Assembly (NCBI GenBank): GCA_005799495.1
Contig: SYGP01000028.1
Coordinates: forward strand, 6,913-70,912
Reading direction: 5' to 3'
Length of the DNA: 64,000 bases
Source of the DNA: Planctomycetia bacterium
GTDB taxonomy: Bacteria; Planctomycetota; Phycisphaerae; Phycisphaerales; SM1A02
This document shows, piece by piece, positions 27,068-33,903 of this stretch; position 1 is the stretch's first letter; each line of letters begins with the position of its first letter. The notes beneath the pieces are model-generated. The model saw only the letters and a program-made list of their open reading frames with translations, was not told the origin of the DNA and did no database searches. Position numbers and translations under genes: made by a program.

Positions 27068-28222
27068 ATGAACACCTCACCTGATCAGAAGTCTCGGTGG
27101 TTCCTGCTCGCGCTGCTCACGTTCGCTCCTGTCCTGTGGGCGGTGGCGGGGCAGACTTCGACCGTGCCAAGTCCATCCAAGTCCGTCGCGGCGCCCCAGG
27201 CGGCGCCAGCCGCCGCAGCAGGTGCCGCGCAACAATCGCCGAGTGCCGCGCTTGAGACGGCGAAAGCCGAGCAGGCCCGCATGGCGGGATTGATCGCCGC
27301 GGTTTCGGGCGGGAAGAACATCCCTGTCACCGCGTGGGCAGACATCCTCGAAGCAGATTGCGACGCGCGCGTGGTGACCGATGACAAGGCGCGTGCGGCC
27401 ATTCAAGGCACCGGACTGCCGTGGCGTGTTCGAGAGAAGATCACAGGCATCGAGATGCTGCTCATTCCCCCTGGGCAGTTCGTGATGGGAATGAGCGTGG
27501 GCGATGACGCTGCGAGCAGTGACGAGCGGCCCGCACACGAGGTGATCCTGACAAAGCCCTTCTATCTCGGGCGAACGGAAGTCACTCAGGAGCAGTGGAC
27601 TCGCATCATGGGCTGGAACGAGAGTTACTTCCAGGACTTCAACTTCGAGGCGATCCCCGCCGAGGACCGCGAGCAGCGGGTGCTTGAGTTGATCGAGGCG
27701 GGATACACCAGGCAGCAGGCGGAGGACAAACTCGGTCCGGTGCTCATGAACAAGGTGGAGACGGCGACGTGGCCCGTGGAAACGGTGGAGCCCGACACCA
27801 TCGAAGTGTTCTTGAGCAAGGCGGCGCTTCGCCTGCCGACGGAAGCGGAGTGGGAGTTTGCGTGCCGCGCGGGGACGAACACCTCTCGGTACGGCGATCT
27901 CGATCTCATCGCATGGCATTCAGGGAACGCGGAGGGGCGCACGCATCCGGTGGGAGCGAAGTTGCCCAATGGATTCGGTCTGTACGACATGATCGGCACT
28001 GTCTGGGAGTGGTGCTCGGATTGGTACGGAAGCGACTACTACAAGAACTGCGAACTCGGTGCGACGGATCCGCGGGGACCCGGCCCTGTCCCATTCCGCG
28101 TGCTGCGAGGGGGTTCTTGGGATCACCAAGCCGACAAATGCCGAGTGTCGTTCCGCCTGAACCACTTCATGGGTGATCCTCGCGTCACAGACTTCGGATT
28201 CCGCGTCGCACGGACGCCATGA
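27068..28222 (+). CDS. FGE/SUMF1-fold protein, paralog 3, secreted
   Basis: The signal peptide is WFLLALLTFAPVLWAVAG, followed by an Ala-rich linker. Motifs LLIPPGQFVMG, ERPAHEVILTKPFYLGRTEVTQEQW, LPTEAEWEFACRAG, GLYDMIGTVWEW and RGGSW are present. Confidence 0.85.
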   Translation: MNTSPDQKSRWFLLALLTFAPVLWAVAGQTSTVPSPSKSVAAPQAAPAAAAGAAQQSPSAALETAKAEQARMAGLIAAVSGGKNIPVTAWADILEADCDARVVTDDKARAAIQGTGLPWRVREKITGIEMLLIPPGQFVMGMSVGDDAASSDERPAHEVILTKPFYLGRTEVTQEQWTRIMGWNESYFQDFNFEAIPAEDREQRVLELIEAGYTRQQAEDKLGPVLMNKVETATWPVETVEPDTIEVFLSKAALRLPTEAEWEFACRAGTNTSRYGDLDLIAWHSGNAEGRTHPVGAKLPNGFGLYDMIGTVWEWCSDWYGSDYYKNCELGATDPRGPGPVPFRVLRGGSWDHQADKCRVSFRLNHFMGDPRVTDFGFRVARTP

Positions 28223-28240
28223 CGTCGTGAGAGTGCACGC

Positions 28241-29779
28241 GTGCAACTGACGAGCATCATTTCATGTGTCGGATTGCTGTGCCTTTGCACATCCGCTGTG
28301 GCTTTGCCGCAGTCACCTCCTGCCGAGAGCACCGACTTGCAGCGTGCGATCCGAGAGATCGAAGCGCTCCGATCGCGCCTGGATGCGATGGAGTCGCGGC
28401 ATCAGACGGACATCGAGGCGATGCAGCGGCGGCACGATGCCGAGCTGACTGCGCTTCGGAATGAGAGTGGCGACCGTTGGCTCTCGCAGGAGCGGGCGGC
28501 GGAGATTCGTGAAGTCGTTCGAGAAGTCATGGTTGATGCAGTGTCGCGCGCGGATCTGACGAGTGGCGGCGCTCGGACGCAGTTGGAGTCTGGGAACTTC
28601 GCCTTTCGCTCCTCGGACGGCAACTTTCTCCTCAACATCGGTGGACAGATTCAGGCGCGGTATGCGTACAACTATCAGGGTCCCGAGAATCAGGCACCAA
28701 CGCAGCAAGGCGAGACAAGCCTGTACGGATTTGGGCTCCGCCGAGTGCAGCTCATCTTCCGCGGGCATGTGCTCGATCCAAGCTGGACATATCGCATCCA
28801 GATGAACTTCAGTCAGAACAACCCGACTTACCAGGGACCGAACACGATTCAGCAGACCGTCAATGGTGCAGTCCTGGACATGGCGTTCATCCGCAAGGAT
28901 CTGGGTGACGGCTTTGGCGTGACCGTCGGCCAGTGGCGGTCGCAGTACAACTACGAAGAGTTGGTTTCATCGAGGCACCAGCAGTTTGTGGAGCGATCGA
29001 TGATTTCGCAGTACTTCACGACAAAGTTCATTCAAGGCATTCAGTTGGAGTATGGAGATGACTCGTGGCGCGCCTGGCTGAACACGAATGACGGTGGTGG
29101 AAACAGGAACCTTGGGATTGCCGGAGTCAACCAGATCGTCGAGTGGGCTTTTGCGGGGCGAGCCCAGTACAAGTTCATTGGCGAGTGGGATGACTTGCAG
29201 CACTATTACGCGCCTCGTGGAACGCCGCTTGGCGTGATGGTGGGTGCCGCGTTCAACTGGCAGCGCGGACAGTCGAGCGCTCAAAATGCGTTCAATGGCG
29301 ACTTCATCGGAAACTCGCCAGGTGTCAACGCGTCGTGGACCGCGGACGCAGCCTTTCGCTTCGATGGCTTCAGCATGTCGGGCGCGATACTGGGGAACAA
29401 GTACTACAGCCGTCCCGGCGGGGAAGCCCCGCTCAACTCGATCGGTGCCGTCGTGCAGGGGGGTTACTTCGTGACGAAGGATGTCGAACTCACTGCGCGC
29501 TGGGAATATCTGAATGTGTCGGGTGGAACCTCCTCCGACTACGCGAATCCGTCCGCGTCCAATGCCCAACACTTCTCGATCTACACAGCGGGCTTGAACT
29601 GGTATGTGGGAGGAGAGTGGGTGAAGGTCAACATGGATGCAGGGTTGACGGTGGGCGGCATCAACTTTTCCAACGGTATCTACAACCAGTCGGTGAACAG
29701 TGGCGATTTCCGTGCGGATACCACCTCAGGCGCGACTGGGCAGTTTGTCGCGCGATTGCAACTGGTATTGATGTTCTGA
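28241..29779 (+). CDS. Outer-membrane beta-barrel porin candidate (OprO/P-like) with N-terminal coiled coil
   Basis: The start is GTG and a signal peptide is present (CVGLLCLCTSAVALP). A heptad-like segment follows (LQRAIREIEALRSRLDAMESRHQTDIEAMQRRHDAEL). The rest is alternating aromatic/Gly-rich sequence ending in ...LQLVLMF, an aromatic terminal residue. Confidence 0.6.
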   Translation: MQLTSIISCVGLLCLCTSAVALPQSPPAESTDLQRAIREIEALRSRLDAMESRHQTDIEAMQRRHDAELTALRNESGDRWLSQERAAEIREVVREVMVDAVSRADLTSGGARTQLESGNFAFRSSDGNFLLNIGGQIQARYAYNYQGPENQAPTQQGETSLYGFGLRRVQLIFRGHVLDPSWTYRIQMNFSQNNPTYQGPNTIQQTVNGAVLDMAFIRKDLGDGFGVTVGQWRSQYNYEELVSSRHQQFVERSMISQYFTTKFIQGIQLEYGDDSWRAWLNTNDGGGNRNLGIAGVNQIVEWAFAGRAQYKFIGEWDDLQHYYAPRGTPLGVMVGAAFNWQRGQSSAQNAFNGDFIGNSPGVNASWTADAAFRFDGFSMSGAILGNKYYSRPGGEAPLNSIGAVVQGGYFVTKDVELTARWEYLNVSGGTSSDYANPSASNAQHFSIYTAGLNWYVGGEWVKVNMDAGLTVGGINFSNGIYNQSVNSGDFRADTTSGATGQFVARLQLVLMF

Positions 29780-29790
29780 CCGAGGCTGCC

Positions 29791-30831
29791 TCAGCGAAGT
29801 GGCACAACCTTGTAGGGTCGCTTGAGGAAGTCGCTCCACTCCTTGCCGATGACGCCAAGCGGAATGATGTCGCCATCATTCGTGGCATCAATGCTCGCGG
29901 CCTCGGCGAGCACATAGGTTCGCCCCTCATGCTCGATGGTGCGGTCACCTTGCTTGGCGGGGACTCGGATGCCGAGGATCGCATGTCCAGATCCATCCTT
30001 CATCTGCAGTGTCACCACGGCGCATTCGGCGAGGCACGCCGCGCGAAGCAGTGATGCCATGAGTACGGACTTCGAGTCGCAGTCGCCCCCACGCAGCAGC
30101 GTCAGCAGCGGCGTGCGCAGGCCGCAGCGGTCCTTGCCATCAGGAAGTTCGGGAATCGTTTCGTAGGGGATCGCCTGGATGAAGCGGAATACTGCTTCGA
30201 CGCGGTCTCGCACCGTCGCGGGGCGCGACCCACCGCGTTCCGAAAGGACGCGGTCGGTTTCCTTCAGCACGGCTTGCGCCACAGGGTTGATGTCGGCACG
30301 GCATGTGTCGATCAGCCACTGGAAGTCTGGCTCGAGCATGCCCACCTGCGCATCGTTCGTTGGCAAGAGGCGGAGTCCATGGCGCGCGAGCTTTTCCTGC
30401 TCAAGCCGCTCGAGCCGCTTGCCCTCGACTTCGGATCGGAAGGAGTACTGGAGCGCATCCATCGGAGCGCCGAAGTGCTGCTCGATCGCCTCGGCGCGCG
30501 CGACATCGATGCGAACCGAAACTTGGAAGCGCCATGGTTCGATGGATGGATCGCGCAGCCGACGGCCATTCTCGTACACGATTGCGGGGGTCACATCCGC
30601 CCAGGCGATGGTGTGCCGCACCATGCGCGGGGCAACCGATGGCAAGTCGCTTGGAGTCTTGAGCCAAGCTTCGAATGCAGCATTGGAGGGTGGTGATGCG
30701 CTGGCGGATCGTTCACGGTCTGGTGCGCTTGCGAGCAGGGGGACACACAGCAGCACCATCGCAGCCGCGCGAAGTGGATGTGCAGCTGAACACCTCTTCC
30801 AGAAATGGGTTGGCACGATTGGAACCCACAT
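29791..30831 (-). CDS. Transglutaminase-like (papain-fold Cys-His-Asp) secreted protein candidate
   Basis: This is the C-terminal 322-346 aa of ORF 29791..31338. It contains LLRGGDCDSKSVLMASLLRA...GSGHAILGIRV...LAEAASID. The signal-like segment is AAAMVLLCVPLLASA. The start is 30831 or 30759. The rest of the long ORF is antisense to the well-supported gene at 30854. Confidence 0.55.
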   Translation of the reverse strand: MWVPIVPTHFWKRCSAAHPLRAAAMVLLCVPLLASAPDRERSASASPPSNAAFEAWLKTPSDLPSVAPRMVRHTIAWADVTPAIVYENGRRLRDPSIEPWRFQVSVRIDVARAEAIEQHFGAPMDALQYSFRSEVEGKRLERLEQEKLARHGLRLLPTNDAQVGMLEPDFQWLIDTCRADINPVAQAVLKETDRVLSERGGSRPATVRDRVEAVFRFIQAIPYETIPELPDGKDRCGLRTPLLTLLRGGDCDSKSVLMASLLRAACLAECAVVTLQMKDGSGHAILGIRVPAKQGDRTIEHEGRTYVLAEAASIDATNDGDIIPLGVIGKEWSDFLKRPYKVVPLR

Positions 30832-30853
30832 AAGAGGAGGATAGGCTTTCGTC

Positions 30854-33130
30854 ATGGCCCGGAAGCTCGGAAGATCGTGGGGTGTCCTCGCGACCGTCGC
30901 TGTGTTGGCTGCGACACAGCCTTCGAGTGCAGGCATCACGCTCGCGAGTGCCGTGACTGTTCCGCTCGCTCCGCTGACCAATCCGACGCATGTGGTCGTC
31001 CAGGACATCGATGGCAACGGGGTCGTCGATCTGGTGATCACATGCCGCGATGCGGAAGGGCGCATGGGCATCCTGCGCGGGATCGGTGGCGGAGTGTTTG
31101 GTCCCGTGGAGGTCCTTCCGATCGAGATGCAGACGGATTGGTGTGATGTGGTGGACGGTGATGGCGACGGGATCGTCGATATCCATGCTTCGGTCCGAAC
31201 CGGGTGGGGTCGAGTCGCATTCCTGAAGGGACGCGGCGACGGCACCTTCGATCCGCCCACGACGACCACGGCTGGCCGCAGCGGTGCAGGTTTGGTTGCA
31301 CGGGATTTCAGCGGTGACGGTCGGGTTGATGTGGCCATGTTGAACTACACATCGGGCAGCCTGCAGTGGTGGCATGGGACAGGGACCGGTGCGCTGATCG
31401 ATCGAGCGAGTGTGCTCGTCACGCCGTGGACCGTTGGGGTTTCCTACCCGTTCCATGTTGCGAGCGGCGACTTCGATGGGGATGGTGATGTGGATCTCGT
31501 GTGCAGCGCGACGGGACCGACGCGGCTGGTGCTCTACCGCAATCAGGGGAACGGCAACTTTGACAGTGGCGAGGCGTGGGATGTTCCTGCCGTGGGGAAG
31601 GAGCGTCCGGCGCTGGCGAATCTGGCCGTTGCTGACATCGATGCCGACGGCGATCTGGACATTCTCGCCAATGGACTGCTGCTGATGTCCCCGTCGGTCA
31701 CTGTGATCTGGAAGAACGATGGGCTGGGCGGATTCGCGGTGCGGGAGACACGCCCTGCCAACGTGGAGGGATATGCATGGACCGTGCAGGTCGGCGATTT
31801 GGATGGTGACGGTGACGCGGATGTACTCGCGGGTTCTGCCTTGCCGGGTCGATTGACCATCGCCGAAGTCGATGCGCAGCAGGGCGGTGCGTACGTCGCC
31901 GTGACGACAAAGTCAGCCGGGACATTCCTGCGTGACATGGCGGTCGCAGACATCGATCAGGATGGAGACCGCGATGTTGTTGCGGTGGACATTGCTGCGG
32001 CGAATGTGCTGATCTACCGCAATCAAATGGGCGGTGTGGCGGGCGATGGCGGCGAGGAGGGTTCGCCTGCGACGCCATCATTCGGGAGCGCTCAGGCGGC
32101 GGTGAGTTGGCTCGCTGCATGGGAAGGTGCGCAAGGATCCGTCGCGGGCGAGCCGCCCATCGTGTGCGGAACGGGAGCCGGTCTCTGCGAGGAAGTGCAC
32201 GAGACACCGGGATGCGTCCGAACGCTGTGCTGCGAAGCGGTGTGTGCGTTCAATCCATTGTGCTGTGAGGTGTCGTGGGATCAGCCGTGTGTGGAAGCGG
32301 AGGAGGAGTTGTGCGACAACTTCAATTGTCCGAGCGCGGGCAGTTGCACAGAGTTCCATCCAACGCTTGCCTGTGACGATGAAGCATGTTGCCTGTTCCT
32401 GTGCGACTTTGATCCCTTCTGCTGTTCATCGATTTGGGATGCAGTGTGTGCGCGTGAGGCCACGATGTACTGCGGCGCATCGGCATGCGACATTGGAAGT
32501 GTGGCTGGAGCCATTCAACTTCCAGAGCCGTGCTACTCGCATTTGGACGATGGATGCAATCTGGCGGGCGGCGAGATCCACCCGCTTTGCCCAGCCGTCT
32601 ACGAGTCGACGCTCGCGAGCGATGTGCCGAGGGATACAGACTGGTTCAACTTGTCGGCTCTGCCCCATTCGTCGGTGCGCATTTCGTTCGCGACCGAGTG
32701 TCCGCTGATGGTGCAGGTGGTGCAGGGTGTGTGCTCGGGTCCGCTTCGGGTGCGGCAACTGACTGAAGTGCCACCGTGTGCGAGTGCGTCCATCGATGTC
32801 TCCGTGGAGCCAAACCTCTGGCTTGTCCTCGGTGTTGGCAACCGGGAGCGTGTCATCCGCGGTGAGTTCCCCTGCGATCTCACGGATCCCAATGATCCGC
32901 CTCCAGGTCCCGATGATCCGCCCTTCGTTCCCGGGTACTTCGGGTTGAACTACCGAGTTGAGTTTTCCGCTTGCCCACGCACGGGCGATCTGAACGGCGA
33001 TGGTGTCGTCAGCGGGGGCGATCTGACCGTACTGCTTGGGGCGTGGGGCTCATCGGGCAGCGCCGATCTGAATGAGGATGGAGTCGTCGGTGGCAGCGAC
33101 CTCACGATTCTGCTGTCGAACTGGGGCTGA
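30854..33130 (+). CDS. Secreted FG-GAP/VCBS beta-propeller protein with Cys-rich duplicated module, PPC-like domain and twin dockerin-like C-terminus
   Basis: AGGAGG lies upstream of ATG 30854 and a signal peptide is present. There are seven Ca-loop repeats (DIDGNGVVD, DGDGDGIVD, DFSGDGRVD, DFDGDGDVD, DIDADGDLD, DLDGDGDAD, DIDQDGDRD). The tail is DLNGDGVVSGGDLTVLLGAWG..DLNEDGVVGGSDLTILLSNWG-stop. Confidence 0.85.
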   Translation: MARKLGRSWGVLATVAVLAATQPSSAGITLASAVTVPLAPLTNPTHVVVQDIDGNGVVDLVITCRDAEGRMGILRGIGGGVFGPVEVLPIEMQTDWCDVVDGDGDGIVDIHASVRTGWGRVAFLKGRGDGTFDPPTTTTAGRSGAGLVARDFSGDGRVDVAMLNYTSGSLQWWHGTGTGALIDRASVLVTPWTVGVSYPFHVASGDFDGDGDVDLVCSATGPTRLVLYRNQGNGNFDSGEAWDVPAVGKERPALANLAVADIDADGDLDILANGLLLMSPSVTVIWKNDGLGGFAVRETRPANVEGYAWTVQVGDLDGDGDADVLAGSALPGRLTIAEVDAQQGGAYVAVTTKSAGTFLRDMAVADIDQDGDRDVVAVDIAAANVLIYRNQMGGVAGDGGEEGSPATPSFGSAQAAVSWLAAWEGAQGSVAGEPPIVCGTGAGLCEEVHETPGCVRTLCCEAVCAFNPLCCEVSWDQPCVEAEEELCDNFNCPSAGSCTEFHPTLACDDEACCLFLCDFDPFCCSSIWDAVCAREATMYCGASACDIGSVAGAIQLPEPCYSHLDDGCNLAGGEIHPLCPAVYESTLASDVPRDTDWFNLSALPHSSVRISFATECPLMVQVVQGVCSGPLRVRQLTEVPPCASASIDVSVEPNLWLVLGVGNRERVIRGEFPCDLTDPNDPPPGPDDPPFVPGYFGLNYRVEFSACPRTGDLNGDGVVSGGDLTVLLGAWGSSGSADLNEDGVVGGSDLTILLSNWG

Positions 33131-33178
33131 CGAATAGGGCTAAACGGCCCCCAAACGGGGTTTCAGTCAGCGTTCCAG

Positions 33179-33502
33179 TCAGGTGCCGTTGGCGACCGCT
33201 TCGTACGCCGTTCGCAAGCAGCGTTCCATCTCGGTTCGGATGTCCTGTTCGGATACTGAAATGCCCTTCGACTGCAAGTCTGCAGTGAGTTTGGCAACCA
33301 CATCGTCGTCGCCGGCCTTTTTCAGATCGTGTGCGATGAGTTCCTTCGCATAGGCGTCCACGCCGGCGGGGTCCAACTTGGCCTTGCTTCCAAACCACTC
33401 GGCGAGGAGTTTGTTGCGCCGCGCTTCCGCCTTGAAACGCTTTTCTGCATCGAATGCGAACTTCGACTCGAAACCTTCTTCGCGCTTTGAGAACCCGCTC
33501 AT
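33179..33502 (-). CDS. DUF1476 protein (F1-ATPase inhibitor zeta-subunit-like)
   Basis: The sequence MSGFSKREEGFESKFAFDAEKRFKAEARRNKLLAEW...AYAKELI...GDDDVVAKLTADL closely parallels the Paracoccus zeta subunit as I remember it. A perfect AAGGAGG lies 5 nt upstream of the ATG. Confidence 0.8.
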   Translation of the reverse strand: MSGFSKREEGFESKFAFDAEKRFKAEARRNKLLAEWFGSKAKLDPAGVDAYAKELIAHDLKKAGDDDVVAKLTADLQSKGISVSEQDIRTEMERCLRTAYEAVANGT

Positions 33503-33593
33503 CAGAACCTCCTTTTAGGGTCCAAGAGTGTAATGGACTCCTGCATGGCACGCGGTGCCCAACCGTTGGAGAGCGTTCCTGTTGTGAGATTCC

Positions 33594-33631
33594 AAAAAAG
33601 AAAACTGGCCAGAGCGTCCTGCTCTGGCCAG
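33594..33631 (-). terminator. Rho-independent terminator downstream of the small 2-TM gene
   Basis: On the minus strand the sequence is CTGGCCAGAGC-AGGAC-GCTCTGGCCAG, a perfect 11-bp stem with a 5-nt loop, followed by TTTTCTTTTTTGG. It starts 33 nt after the stop at 33664. Confidence 0.85.
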
Positions 33632-33663
33632 TCGTGTGATCCTAAGAAGCCTGATGAACTGGA

Positions 33664-33903
33664 TCAGGTCGTGGACTGCTTCTTGGTGAACACGGCAATG
33701 ATCACCAACAGGGCGATCAGACCGACAAATCCACCATTGCCAAGCTGGCTGATGAAGCTCGTCAGATTGGAGGTGATACCGCCGAAGAAGCCGGTGTTCG
33801 TTGTACCGAAGATGATCTGCACAAGGACGCCAAGCCCGATGAAGAGCAACATGATGTCCATGAGTTCGCGAGCCCAACCCTTGATCCAAGTGAATGCCTG
33901 CAT
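33664..33903 (-). CDS. Small hypothetical membrane protein (79 aa, two TM helices)
   Basis: ATG at 33903 is preceded by AGGAG with a 9-nt spacer. The sequence is MQAFTWIKGWARELMDIMLLFIGLGVLVQIIFG...GFVGLIALLVIIAVFTKKQSTT. The gene is flanked by an AT-richer upstream region and by the terminator above. Confidence 0.65.
   Translation of the reverse strand: MQAFTWIKGWARELMDIMLLFIGLGVLVQIIFGTTNTGFFGGITSNLTSFISQLGNGGFVGLIALLVIIAVFTKKQSTT

Noticed and set aside
30832-31338. N-terminal roughly 170-aa extension of minus-strand ORF 29791..31338.
   Set aside because: It overlaps the strongly supported FG-GAP gene, which has AGGAGG plus ATG at 30854 and a signal peptide. The extension is Pro/Arg/Ser-rich with no hydrophobic signal, whereas internal starts at 30831 or 30759 give a sensible signal peptide.
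33131-33178. Hairpin CCCC-AAAC-GGGG followed by TTT, between the convergent FG-GAP and DUF1476 genes, considered as a bidirectional terminator.
   Set aside because: The stem is only 4 bp, with weak extensions, which is too weak to call.
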